Below are positions 13,885-26,397 of a DNA stretch of 64,000 nucleotides, piece after piece. This DNA is from Antedon mediterranea. Its lineage: Eukaryota > Animalia > Echinodermata. A program made the position numbers and the translations under genes. Positions within the stretch are counted from its first letter, which is position 1; each line of letters starts with the position of its first letter. Below the pieces are notes generated by a model. The model was not told where the DNA came from, made no database searches, and saw only the letters and a program-made list of their open reading frames with translations. The stretch lies in the NCBI RefSeq assembly GCF_964355755.1, contig NC_092680.1, positions 19,911,045-19,975,044 on the forward strand, in the 5' to 3' direction.

Positions 13885-14033
13885 ACACACTATCAAACTC
13901 TATGTGACAAAAAATGTGATGTGCCCATATATAGATGATGATGTCATATCACCGGCATATCACTACCATATTTTTAGCATATCACTACCATATTTGGGCA
14001 CATCACACTGTTTTTGACAGTGTTGACAGAGCT
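13885..14033. mobile_element. MITE family A copy
   Basis: ACACTATCAAACTCTATGTGAC..GACAGAGCT-TAA, with an internal CATATCACTACCATATTT duplication. Confidence 0.75.
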
Positions 14034-14217
14034 TAATGAGTATCAGTAGGCCTACTATTAATATTTAACAACGCTTAAAAATATAGAAGTTAGTTATCTA
14101 TATGAAAATATGACGACTTGTCTTGAGGTAGTTAAAACAAGCACGAATGTGCAATACTCGGGGTACAGCGAAAGAAGCTGTATACAGACGTATACAGTTA
14201 GAAAGTTAAAGAAAAAT

Positions 14218-14289
14218 AGGTTTCGCCAGGGCTCGAACCGGGACCTTCTGCGTGTTAAGCAGACTTGACAACCACTACACTACGAAACC
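14218..14289 (-). tRNA. tRNA-Val(AAC)-like gene, probably a pseudogene
   Basis: GGTTTCGTAGTGTAGTGGTTGTCAAGTCTGCTTAACACGCAGAAGGTCCCGGTTCGAGCCCTGGCGAAACC. Acceptor and anticodon stems intact, A/B boxes and a downstream T5 present, but D- and T-stem mismatches. Confidence 0.8.
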
Positions 14290-14499
14290 TCTTACATTGA
14301 AATTGTGGGTTACAGAAAGTTTTTTAATCCATTTAAATTACAAATAAATGGTAATAAGCACAAAGCAAAATAAACATGTGTAAAAGTGATAATTACCGAT
14401 TACACAAAATAAGTATTTCAAAAAATAATAATAAGATATACTGTGTATAATTATCATATTGCGTATACAGTACTTTTCACCATAAAGTTTAAAAAAAAA

Positions 14500-14571
14500 G
14501 GTTTAGCCCGGGCTCGAACCAGGTACCTTCTGCGTATTGAGCAAACGTGATAACCACTACGCCAAGAAGCC
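14500..14571 (-). pseudogene. Degenerate tRNA-Val pseudogene (paralog of 14218-14289)
   Basis: GGCTTCTTGGCGTAGTGGTTATCACGTTTGCTCAATACGCAGAAGGTACCTGGTTCGAGCCCGGGCTAAACC followed by a T-run; acceptor-stem mismatches and altered anticodon loop. Confidence 0.75.
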
Positions 14572-14609
14572 GCATATAACCATATAACTACATAACGCTG
14601 TGGTGTGTG

Positions 14610-14838
14610 TCACACATTGTGGATTCTTAATTAAACAAATTAATTAACAAAAAATTAAAAATCCGGCTCTATAGCTTTGAGGACATGTCCCTGTAGTATG
14701 TTCATGCCAAATCCCAGCTCAATACTACAACTAATAAGGGAGGAGTAGTACTTTAAAAATCGTACTTTTTACTCAATAGTGTCCAGATGGTGGAGGAGAA
14801 AATGAGTAAGTACTAGACTCGGGTAGCCCGAGTAAAAA
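14610..14838 (+). mobile_element. Helentron/HINE-like fragment
   Basis: Ends with hairpin ACTCGGG-TAG-CCCGAGT followed by AAAAA; 5' boundary approximate. Confidence 0.4.
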
Positions 14839-16686
14839 CAAGACATCTCATACTATTCTCGTTCTTGAAGCCCCAGTCTGACAAAATATAGGTGGCGCAA
14901 TTTAAGATATGCTAACCATTCTTAGCTTTAAACAATCGGAAATTATTTCATCAACCAACATTATTTTCAATAAATCAATATTTTTCAATTAATCAATATG
15001 CCTATCAATCTATCGGTTTTCTTTTCAATAAATGCATATGTTTTCAATCAATCGAATTTTTTGTTCTCAATAAATTGTATCCTTTTCAATCAATCTATAT
15101 TTTATTCAATCAATGAATAAACTCAATATCATATTTATAGGCCCTACTTTTTCTTGTGATGTTTATTATCATCATAAATCACATAGTTGATACTTTATTC
15201 AATTCCTCTTCCATAAAAATATAGATATTATGTAACGAAGAAACTTAAAACGCAAAACGTTGCGTTTAATGTATCAAATTCAGCTACTATGGCAGTCATA
15301 TATATATAGGCTTAAAGTTTAATGACATGAGGCATGGAAACACATCCTTTATTACCAATTATATTTATCCCAGATTCCTCAAACATCTGCTGGCTGTTAA
15401 CTGCCGCACTCGGAAGACATGCCACGCGACAATGATGTCGTCGGCTCGCGAAAGCACGCGATCTTCTTCCTCGGGCGACATATCCGAACTATATCAAGCC
15501 ACATGCCTCGTTTCATCTGCCTAGGGCAGACAGGGCTCGATCGATCGCACGGGCCTAACCTCTATAAAGGATACACGACTCTATAATATTATAACATCTT
15601 TTATAGCTCACAGATTTCCAAATGTAGAATGGTGTTAATATAAAGGTATTCGACTTATGTGAATTGTACTTACATGATTCGATTTGTATTTGTTCTTAAA
15701 TGTGTTACGAATACCGACATCAAACTAGAAAGTGTAAAATATAAAACTATTTATATTAGACTAAATTTGAATAGGCTACGTGTTTAAACTCAATTCACAA
15801 AACGCCCAATTACACGACAAACGCCCTAATAATTAATAGGCCTATAATACATATTACTATTTGCATATTGGTCCATGTGTGATTCACTCTTCTTCTTACA
15901 CATACGGTTTAGTAACATACAATAACTGTTTAAATGCTTTTCGTGGGTATCTTACCTTTAGACTTACGTCGAGTCATTTTGTCGAATCAGTTTGATATAA
16001 AAGTGTATTTACTTTTACACTTCGTGATTTCTTTTCTTGCTTAAATGTTTGTTTACACTCTTGTTAACAACATCTGCAAAATTTGCATTTTAGTTCATAG
16101 CACGCCCTCTCTATACTTATTTTTAAAACTAAAATTAGCCAATCAATATGCATTATAGCGAAATACACAAATTTCGATGTGTCTGTGTTTTAACCCGTGT
16201 TCTCAGTTTTGTAGAGTGTTTAGGAGAGTTCTCCTCAAATGGAAACTCAAACATTTGGACGTGTTTTGGTCTCATTGCAGCTGTTATCTCCGCCAACGAT
16301 CCTTCCCGCCCCAAATTATTGATGACATCATCATCACGGTCACAGGTTAAGCAGATACAGTAGGCCTAACTGATGGAAAATTAAGTGTTTCTATGAATCT
16401 AATTTTAAACAATTAACAAATTATGGTCAACAGATAATCTTACAGTCGACAATTTTACCTCTCACTATTTGACCACCTGCCAAATACTGGACATCACTGG
16501 TCAAAGTACCATCGATCAGTTATTTCAAGCTGGTATCATTCTCATGTGTCAACAAAAACTATTTAGTAAAGTCTTAAGTGGACATCGATGGTGGGACACA
16601 CTGTCAGATATGATTAGAATATCTAGATCAGGTGGTAAGAAAACTATAGTCAGTCTTTAATGTACACCATGATACATTTTTGTTTA

Positions 16687-16865
16687 AGCTTGGTTCCCAC
16701 TAGAACGTAACGCAAGGACGTAAACGCAACGCAAGCGTTTTAACCAATGACAAGCGAAGTTATAGACAGTTAGAAATCACAAGCGAATAAGCCATCGCTT
16801 GTGATTGGTCAATTCACTTGCGTTGCGTTTACGTCCTTGCGTTACGTTCTAGTGGGAACCAAGCT
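16687..16865. mobile_element. MITE family B copy with perfect 49-bp TIRs
   Basis: TTA TSD on both sides; same internal sequence as 8643-8821. Confidence 0.88.
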
Positions 16866-17624
16866 TTAGAGAAAAATTCTCTTATTAAAGAAAAAAGAAT
16901 TCGTTCAAGCAAAGAAAGCACCCACTCGGTAGTAGTAGTTGTTCTGTTCATATGTATAACTATTACTATGCATTCATCAAAAAATCTCGTCATTTTCCTA
17001 AAAGCATTTATTACACTGGAAAGGTTAAATTTGCATCGGGTCGAAGTTCACTTTCAATTTAACGCGACGGAATGGCACGCGACATAAAATCAACCATCTT
17101 GATTGTAAATACCAATATAATGTGGTCATTTAGCAGTTTCATAAATTGTGTTGGCGATAATTGATTTGTTGCACTGTTTGAGAAAGTGAATTTTCTTTTA
17201 AATACAAATGTCAAAAGATTATTTCAGCACATAATTAGCAGTTGTAAATTTAATGACGAATGTTTTGCGCATTAATACAACTCGTGAAAACATCTACTGT
17301 AAACTTTACACATGTATCATAATTTATGCAACATAGTGTAATCACCATAAACTAGGCCTATAATATGTATAACTTAGTTTGTTCTGTAGGTATTACTATT
17401 ACACTCGATTAGCATAGCTTAAAGGACGGACTACACTAGGACGAAACCAGAGACGATAAATCTATATATACCGGTATACATTTTTCTACAGAAAAAAAAG
17501 AAATTTGAAAAGTTTCATCCTAATACAGTACTATAGAGTAACTATTTATACTATTTTCAATGAAATTTAATATCTTCACAAAACCAATCAAATGACGTCA
17601 TAATCAGTAAGAACAATAGGACAA

Positions 17625-17866
17625 TAGGATGAACAATTATCTAACTTCGCTTGCTTTCTGTAGGAAAAATGGTTGGTTATCGTCTGTCGTATAAACGGAC
17701 CTTAGTTTGTACATTTCTATGTGACAGTGAGCTTAATGGTATTCTATAGTACAGCTAGGATGAATAAGTTTTCTAACTTCGCTTGCTTTCTGTAGGAAAA
17801 ATGGCTGGTAATCGTCTGTCGTATACATGTACAGTACCTAATTAATTTGTACATTTCTATGTGACA
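17625..17866. repeat. ~131-bp-period local duplication within a dispersed repeat
   Basis: TAGGATGAA..TCTAACTTCGCTTGCTTTCTGTAGGAAAAATGG at 17625 and 17756; related sequence at ~63855-64000. Confidence 0.8.
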
Positions 17867-19801
17867 TGAGATGATATCATTCTATTCTCATATCATCAAG
17901 TCATCGTAAGTTCAATGTCACTTTTATCACAACTTATATCTTTCATTTATGAATTTAAAGTAATAAGGTCTTTCACCTCCCTTTCTGAGAATCTGTTTTT
18001 TGTCAATTTACAATCTACCTTTCATCTAACCAATGCACCTTTCAGAAGTCCCAACTAAAGAAGACACGCACCCCTTATATTTACATTGTGTTTACGAGAG
18101 ATTAAGATCATGATACGTTGATCAGTGTACACAGTATGTGATATTTTGGTACCGTATCAATTTTCAAGGTTTTTCTTTAAACTGCCTCGTTTTATTTTCA
18201 TTCTGAAATTAGCAACATGTCTATCGCCACATGATGTTATTCATGCAACTAACTAGAATATAATATTTACTTAAACTATTGAATGTGTATTACTATCAAC
18301 GTTTAGGTGTAGGCCTATATTTTCTATTAATAAAAGATACATTACGAATACCCTATATTATTAAAACATCTTAAATTAGGACTACAGTCACAAACATACA
18401 CTTTTCATAACTCAACCTTGATTGTCTTTATACATCCTCTATAAATAAGGTGAAACAAAAAAAAAATAAAAAAAAATAAATACAAAAATTAAAAAAAAAA
18501 GTTCGTATCGTTACTACCGATGATGAATGAATAATTTACATATACTAAAATATACATTATGACATAAGCCACGTTACTTAATATGACTTGTATTTATTGC
18601 TCGTCAGTTGTGTTACACATCACTCGTGTATAACGAAAGATGCTAACTAATCTCTTGTTTAATATTACAACGAGTCATCTTTAATTGAGCAACCCCAGTC
18701 TCATTTTGAAATAGACACCAGGTACATCCTGTTTCCAAAGATTATTTTCATATAAATATCACACACACCTGCAGGCAATAGATCAATAACCCATCTTTTA
18801 AAAACAAGTGGAAATGTACTCTAACAAATATTAACTACACCATAATTAACAGAGAATTAATGCTTAACAATAAAGAAGTAAGCAGCTCAATATAGTAACA
18901 AGTAGTAGTAGTGATGCTTTATTAAGAAGCGAATTCTATGAATTATATTTTCAGAAAATGAGATAACTGTACAGCTAACACACAGAAAGTAAAAACAATA
19001 ACAAAAAATGAGGATTGAGACACTGTATAGAGATTAGAAAATGTATACCTTGATGGAAAAAATAAGTTAATAATTCGGAAAAATTACGCATTTCACCAAT
19101 ATATGCACTGAAATAGCATACTTTTTAAGGGTTTCTAAAAATACATTCATACAAGGTTAAATTAATTTACTAACTAAATGTTAATTTTTGTCATCCACGC
19201 ATTACATAAGTTAATAGTTAATGTTAATATATAGCGCGTTCGACAAACAATGTCGTCTCAATGCGCTTTGGTGAAGTGAGGAAATAAATAAATAAATATC
19301 CAGAAAAGTTTTTAAACAATGAAGAATAATGTAATAATAAGTCACCAATAATACGTCACCATGTCAGTAATAATCAGGGTCAACTGTCGAAAACAGACTG
19401 GAAATAATAAAGATATTAATTATAACTCAAATATTTAGTACATCAGGAAAAGAATACGACAAATAACTCGTCATGACGACCATTTCCAATATGTTTTAGA
19501 AACGATAGAGGGAAGCATTCACATGTTCTTAAAGAACATTTGAACTTTAATTATACATATTTAAACGTTTAAAAATCTTCTAATTAGCATTAAGAAAGTT
19601 TGCACATAAAGTTGCATGGTATTTGAGGTGCTGACTGATGCATGGTGAAAGTGTGCAGTATGCTACTAGGCATACGGTCTTTATCAACGGTGAATTGTGA
19701 AGTTCAAATTGCAATTGGTAGTCCAGAATTGGTTATAAAATATCTATCTTATCAATAAATGCTCTCAATATTATATACAAATAAAATTTAATTAAAATAG
19801 T

Positions 19802-20008
19802 TTAATTCATTGTAAAGACGTTTCCATTTACTTTTCTTGTCGGTCCGACTGGGGTCTTTGCCAAGTTACTTTTGGATTTCAGTATGGTTTTGTAGAAGAA
19901 AAATCGCGATAAGTTTAAACACAGCTCAACTGCTTCGAAAACGGTGAGAATTGATAGCCCAAGCCAGAGTCCGACAAGGCCACCTACTGCCCCAACCAAG
20001 TCAATTGA
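19802..20008 (-). CDS. DEG/ENaC exon 11 (TM2 and C-terminus)
   Basis: SIDLVGAVGGLVGLWLGLSILTVFEAVEL..stop; TTTCAG acceptor. Confidence 0.92.
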   Translation of the reverse strand, partial: SIDLVGAVGGLVGLWLGLSILTVFEAVELCLNLSRFFFYKTILKSKSNLAKTPVGPTRKVNGNVFTMN

Positions 20009-20383
20009 CTGAAAAAAATCAAACATCGTTGTTAATTATCAAAGTTAATATTAGGGACAACATGTAAATATTCTTTGAAACAAAGGTCAGTTCAAACGAG
20101 AGGAATAGAAGAAATACAGAAAAAAAGAGAAGAACATGGTGATAAGCATGGAAAAGTAAAGAAGTAAAAAAAGCATGATAAATTAGAAAAAAGGAAAAGT
20201 AATAAAAGGGTAGAAGAAGGAAGAGGAAACAATAATGAAGAAGTGAAGAGAAGAATCGGAAAAGGACATAAAATAATGGCAGAATAAAGAGGAAAAGGAT
20301 TAGCAGGAAGTAGACGAAGTAGCAAAAGATAAAGAACTAGAAAACGAATAGTAACAACTGAACTTCAAAATAATGATAATTAC

Positions 20384-20459
20384 CGTATATGTATAACTCT
20401 GTTTTATTATTTCAAAGTTGAGATCTTGGTAATATATGTCCAACGCAAGTAGATTTTGC
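20384..20459 (-). CDS. DEG/ENaC exon 10
   Basis: RQNLLALDIYYQDLNFEIIKQSYTYT (family N...L.IYY..L motif); TTAG/GTAATT. Confidence 0.9.
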
Positions 20460-21007
20460 CTAAGTGTAAAAAAAAAAATTGAATTGTAGAATGGCAACAT
20501 TAGCAAACTATATAATTACGTACACCTCTGCCGATCATTGAAAGCACACCCGTCGAATGAATGTTGATAACAAATTAAATGTATATACATTGTACAAGAC
20601 GAATAATTGTGTTTGTAAGATAAATAAATAATTTCCTTTAGGAAAAGAGAAGATTCCCAACGGACGAAACAAGTTCAGTTAATATAGACCTAGGTTAATA
20701 CCGTGAGTATGGCCTATGGAATAAGTAGAAAGAACAATAATTAGGACATTTTGATGAGGATGGTGATAATAATCATGTTGATGGGACATTTTGCATAGAC
20801 GTATCGATGATGTCACCTGCTGTAACATCATCAGCGTAAAAGAAACAAAATTATATACTAGAGCTGCAAATCAAAACACCCGTTGGTGGCGCTACGTAAA
20901 AAGAAACCACAACTTCATACTTGAGTCACAACAATCTCAGTGATGAATACGATACAATTATTTGTGAAGTGATGTAATGGCAATTATAACGATTAAACAA
21001 TTCTAAC

Positions 21008-21093
21008 CTGATAGATTCACTGTCTTTGCAATCGTCCTCCAAAACACGTCTTAAAGGTTTAGAGAAATTGAACAAACTTTGTTTTAGATTTTC
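21008..21093 (-). CDS. DEG/ENaC exon 9
   Basis: ENLKQSLFNFSKPLRRVLEDDCKDSESI; CAAG/GTTAGA; phase 0/2 bridges exons 8 and 10. Confidence 0.78.
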
Positions 21094-21578
21094 CTTGTGA
21101 ATAAAAAAAAGAGTATTTTTCATAAAACAAATACCAATAATTCATATTCAAATATCATATAATTATTATTCTTATAAAACAAGGAGTATTTATTGCTAAG
21201 AAACTATTTTTAAACGGAAGTGGATCATTAGAGAGTTTCAATTTGCGATGACCTACGACTTATGACTTATGAACCATTACCAGTAACTGGTAGTCATAGT
21301 TTTGGCAAATTTAGTCTTTAGATCCAATTCCGTCGATTCTAGGTAACTTTCTTAGAATATGTATCACTGTGAATTTTAACTTTTCAACCCTTGTTTTTTG
21401 GGGTAAATTAGATTGGAGACAAACGCACAAGTATATGGTAAGAGAATTACAATGAAAGTACAACGCAAGTTATTTGACCAATGGCAAGGAACACAGTTCG
21501 AATAATCCATCGCTTTTGGTCAAATTACTTGCGATGCTTTCCCTCGTAGCCAATAACCAACACCATTCAAATACTTAC

Positions 21579-21636
21579 TTTGTAGTTTTTTGAAGGCCAG
21601 TAAGACATCGAAATGTCACTATTGTAGCTGATAGTT
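21579..21636 (-). CDS. DEG/ENaC exon 8
   Basis: RTISYNSDISMSYWPSKNYK (family S...WPS motif); TTAG/GTAAGT. Confidence 0.87.
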
Positions 21637-21755
21637 CTAATTAAAAAAAAGAAGATTATCTTTACTCACTTGAAAGTGAATTTCGAAGATAATGTGCTTA
21701 TCTTCCAGTCGAAACGCCTGAATATTATGTTTGTAGGTTACTGTATCGAAGGTCT

Positions 21756-22033
21756 GTAGCGAGTGAGTGGCCGAGCGGGTAAGCCAGTGGAATCGTAATA
21801 CATAGCCATAACATCGGCAAGGCTAGCTCGCTCCATGGTTCTGGTAGAACAAGTCTTCTCAGATAAGGACTATACACCGTAGGTTCAGTGTACACATCTG
21901 GTTCATGTGTACTTTAAAGAACCTAGTACATCGTTCGAGACGAGTAGGTGTATTAGTTCACACACGGCCACTGTCACAAACTCATATATATATATATATA
22001 CACTGGGCCCTCTGAAAGAACAGTCTTAGACTG
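21756..22033 (+). mobile_element. tRNA-derived SINE with Nin/Deu-domain-like core (DEG/ENaC intron 7)
   Basis: Head GTGGCCGAGCGGGTAAG; core AGATAAGGACTATACACCGTAGGT..TTAAAGAACC..TTCGAGACGAGTAGG resembles the Nin/Deu SINE domain (from recall). Confidence 0.6.
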
Positions 22034-22056
22034 TATATTTAGACTTGGTGACGTAC

Positions 22057-22129
22057 CTGCATGGCTGTTCGCAGGGACACCCGTCACTTAGATAAGTGAA
22101 ATTCTTGGCGAAATCTTCAACACATTCAT
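22057..22129 (-). CDS. DEG/ENaC exon 7
   Basis: DECVEDF..GCPCEQPC; AAG/GTACGT; phase 1 in, phase 2 out. Confidence 0.87.
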
Positions 22130-22429
22130 CTTTCAATAAAAACAATAAATACAATATCATTGATTTAATTCACATCAATGAAAAATATATCGTGCTCTTA
22201 TCTATGTTTGTATCTCGATAATAGGTAATATATATTGTGATTGGCTGTTTTGTATCACGTGCTCTAGGCTATTTAATCGCATTCAACAGTTAGAATTAAT
22301 CAATGGTACTAATTAACGATCAGCCTTTTTGCAAACAAATTGCGAATTTTGTTCCATTCTGTAATAGGCCTACCATTATAATGTTGCTGTTTAAATATGT
22401 GTGATGATGTGATATTTGTTTTTGTTTAC

Positions 22430-22568
22430 CCTCTGTATGATTAGAAAGGTCACATGCCCTTACTGTCTTTTCTTCTATACTCAAATGCGTCTCGTTGTTA
22501 GGATAGTATACGTCATAACATTTACATGTTTCGATTAGTTTTTGTTGGTAGCAAGTCTTAGTACAGGT
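22430..22568 (-). CDS. DEG/ENaC exon 6 (Cys-rich thumb)
   Basis: TCTKTCYQQKLIETCKCYD..RACD; TTTCAG/GTAAAC. Confidence 0.9.
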
Positions 22569-22994
22569 CTGAAACAGAAACAAATAAATATAAACTTTCT
22601 AAAAAACATGTTCTTACAGCAAAATAATTGTTATGTTTTACTTTATCAAACCATCACTTCTACTACTGTCCTGCTACTTCACTGTATCAATGTCTATAAT
22701 ATAGGCCTACCGCCTGTGTATAATACAGAAATACATCTTTACAAAATTCAAACATTTGGAAAGCCGCAAGTTCCATCATACCGTATAACTAATATTGTAA
22801 ATTGTGATTGTTTTTATTAAGCATACTGCCCTCAATGAAGTGCAATAATGTTAAAGTCTCAAGCAATCGACTGCTGACTAAATTGTTTTTTTTTTCTGCA
22901 CTGGTCATCCTCCGTATCATCAAATCATGCCATCACAATCATTTTAATCATCGTCATCTTATCATAACATCAGCATCTTCATTTAGCTACTAAC

Positions 22995-23102
22995 CTGTTG
23001 ACTGTATCTCACTCCATACATTGAATAGTGATCAACATAGTCTTCAGTATCTTCTAAGGACATACAAGGTCTTAATGATCTTGATATTCGGTCAATTTTC
23101 AC
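22995..23102 (-). CDS. DEG/ENaC exon 5
   Basis: VKIDRISRSLRPC..YGVRYSQQ, 108 nt, TACAG/GTTAGT, phase 0/0. Confidence 0.85.
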
Positions 23103-24232
23103 CTGTAATGTGTAATTTGATTAATGAAGCTACTTCATTTTCTTGTGCTACTTTATTCGCTGTTTAAAATATTTTCCTAAAAAACTACTGACATTAGAAT
23201 GTTTCAGTACATACATTCAAACATTTTCTGCTTTAAGTTTGTTAAAAACAAATTTTATAACAAGAAGAATGTTACAAATGATGTCGGTCACCAATAGATA
23301 ATAGACGAGAGAATAGGCTGCACTAACTTTATATACAAAAACACACACACAAAAGGTAAGTTAATGTAAATTCAATTTCTTTATATAATTGTTCGTATAT
23401 TTCTGTTTATGAATGTTAATGAATTTCATTGGAGATTTCATCCCTTTTTGTGGACAGACACGAAAGTGTAATATTCCACAAGAAATCGATTGATTGACTC
23501 GGTATTATAGTTCGTTCTTACAATGTAAATCTAATTTACATTGAAACTATAGGCTATAATTGACAGGTCTCTTTTGATAATGCCATCAGACAATAATGAC
23601 AAACACTAACTTTCACATTATAATGATGATAAACAATCATACAGTTATTTTCAAGAGAATATCAGTGTGTATTGTAGTGTGTATTATAGAAGAGGAATGA
23701 ATATCCAATATTCAGTATTTAAAATTTTCTTTTTCAAATAATAAACAAAACATATAATTAAAAAAATCATTAGTCTCTCCATGAAAGGCATCTTTAATTC
23801 ATTACGAATAAAGTCAATATAAATATAGTGACAGGAGACAGTTTAGACTAGGGAAAAGAACAGGAATGAATATTCAATTCAAAATTTAATTTTCGTTTTA
23901 AAATAATAAACAATATATAAATGAATGAATGAAAAAGGAAGCACAAAAAGCCTCTTGAATTAATTACGATTAAAAACAAAATATATTATTGCTGCATTTA
24001 TAAAAACAGTTTAGGTATTAAGAGATAGACAATACATATGGAACGATTAATTGAAAGTTCAACATCATCTAACTATACTTATCTCCTTAATCACCAACCC
24101 CCTTCCCCTCCACACACTCTATTCACTAGAGACGGACGGACGGAAATGTAAATAAATAAGCACAAAATATGTTCAACTTCAAACAATATTCCTAGGCTTC
24201 TTTGTGTTTATAAAGATAGCATATGATCTTAC

Positions 24233-24396
24233 TTTTCTTAATGCGATTGATGTGTGGTAGCCAGGTGGAACAAAGTAACCCTCGTCCTCTGGAAAGGGCA
24301 TTCTGTTTTGGTCGTGAACCACAACCCGTACCCCTGCGCTAGACGAAACATCATACAGATATTCATCTTGCTCAATAAACAACACCAAACGCAAAC
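24233..24396 (-). CDS. DEG/ENaC exon 4
   Basis: GLRLVLFIEQDEY..SAGVRVVVHDQNRMPFPEDEG..PPGYHTSIALRK; GCAG acceptor, GTAAG donor. Confidence 0.93.
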
Positions 24397-24743
24397 CTGC
24401 AATAACAATACATCATCATTATTTTTTTATATTCCTTCCAGCAGACAAATAAACAGAATACAAAAACAAACATGATACAAAAACAAAAGAAGTGGAGAGC
24501 TGAGGAGAGCAAGTACAATAACCCCTCCACGCTAACTTCCAGTATATTAAATAATTATTACAAATAACATTAAAATAATAGAAATATGTTTATATACAAC
24601 AAAAATATTATTGCATTATTAGTTAGTATACGAGTGCTTGCAAAAATGTGAACGCATTTTGACTTTAAACTATTATCTGAAAGGAAAGTAAATGTTTTAA
24701 TTGAGAATACAGTACTTTAGTATTGCAAAGTAAATGGAACGAG

Positions 24744-24985
24744 TTGAGTTGTGGCTTGGTGGTTATGATGCTTGGCTACCACTCCAAGGGTCCTGGGTTC
24801 GAATCCCGTCAGGATTTCTAAGGACAAAATTACAACTCTACCCCAAAAGACTTGTAATAAGACTTTATTTATGTAGAGCATCTTGTGTATATGTTTGTCT
24901 TGTGAACCTCTGAGGGTCCCTAATGATCAGCAATTGCTGGATGGATCACCCTTATTAAAATATGGTAAAAAAACACACAAAAAAA
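24744..24985 (+). mobile_element. tRNA-derived SINE (DEG/ENaC intron 3)
   Basis: A box TGGCTTGGTGG, B box GGTTCGAATCC, body ending in an A-rich tail; 3' half repeated in inverse at 11241-11370. Confidence 0.8.
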
Positions 24986-25376
24986 CTAACAGTTTTTGAC
25001 ATGATGTTAGTCTGAACATTTCTATATCAAGGTGGTATAGATACAGATTTTGAGTGCCATCATTTCACTAACATTCAAGATCAATCAGGCTAATCAACGC
25101 AAATCGCTCATTCTCCTTATACACTTATTTACGGTATATATGTTTTAATAAAACACATTTAACAAATTTACTAATAAAATAAAACGAAAAGATACGAATG
25201 CATTTACTCCTTGTGAGTGTCGCATACACCACGCTCTTATGAGTTAATCAAACATAACATATTCTCCTTATTCTAATAAAATGATATTATAATATGTTCA
25301 GATGTTTTCGATATAATATCAAAACAATTTTTGAAACGAAAACAATCCTATACTAATGAACCTTAATATACTTTAC

Positions 25377-25495
25377 CTGAACTTGGTCCAGACGATTTAG
25401 TCCGTTTTGTCGTAAAATCTGATATTTTGTCCTTTTTTCTATTGAAGGTATAGCAGTTACCATGAAATGAGTTGAAATATTCAAAGGTAAAATTT
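25377..25495 (-). CDS. DEG/ENaC exon 3
   Basis: Poly-T AG acceptor; NFTFEYFNSFHGNCYTFN..SGPSSG; donor GTAAAG. This frame is not in the ORF track. Confidence 0.9.
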
Positions 25496-26094
25496 CTAAA
25501 AAAAAAATGTTACATAGCATTATTATAATAATAAATAACAAGTATTAGGAGATGTGATAATCAGTTTTATTATTATACGGTATTTTAACGGATATAATGT
25601 TTTTGTACGTTGGTCCACCTGTCCATATGTAACTTCCCTTAACACAAACCATAATTATGAATTATAAGTGAATTACCAGTTAATAAAATATTTTAGTGTT
25701 TTTATTGATTGATATATAATAATTATATTATGTACAGTAATTCCATTTGTTACGCAACCGTAGCTCGTTCCGCGATGTTGTAAAAATACTTCAAAGTGTC
25801 GTGAAAACTGTTTGTTCAATGCTAATATACAAAGGTGTTCAACCACTTAAGCAAAATAATTAATATCATATGTATTGAAATTTACGTTTGCGTTTTTGAA
25901 GATCAAGAATATCAGATTAAAAATCACCATAAAAATGTTATTGTTTAATCTTCATGGTGTTTAGAAAATAATAATTATCATATTGTTTGAAGGTTTGTAT
26001 GATGAAATCAAATGCTGATATGAAGTGTACCGCAACTTTATATCAACAATAATTATCATAATATTGCGTGGGATAAATAAACAAAAAGTCTTAC

Positions 26095-26348
26095 TCATGA
26101 GAACAGGCAAATCCTGCCCATGAGCAGCTGACCAGCAAATCTTTTATCTGGTGTCCGAGTTTCTTTCTTTCTTCAAGGTTTTGGTCAGAAAGTAAGGTTG
26201 CAAGTGTTTCCATTTCCTCACGAGCCATTGTCTCAGTCTCATATGCATCAGGCTTCGAGATAAAGTAGTCCCAACCTTGGTATTCCACTTCTTCCACCGG
26301 CCCTACATCATTGGGTCCATTTTCTTCTTCTGGTGGTAATCCATCACA
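26095..26348 (-). CDS. DEG/ENaC exon 2
   Basis: TAG|CDGLPP..RKKLGHQIKDLLVSCSWAGFACSH|GTAAG; matches the family motif GH..D.L.SC.W.G..C; phase 0 in, phase 2 out. Confidence 0.88.
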
Positions 26349-26397
26349 CTACAACACATTAAAAAAATAAATAAAACAAGTTGAGTACAAGTTTTAA

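Noticed and set aside
15231-15596. TG...CA bounded solo-LTR candidate
   Set aside because: No matching TSD and weak terminal inverted repeats.
20092-20345. Hydrophobic ORF in DEG/ENaC intron 10
   Set aside because: GA-rich low-complexity tract; exons 10 and 11 already join in frame without it.
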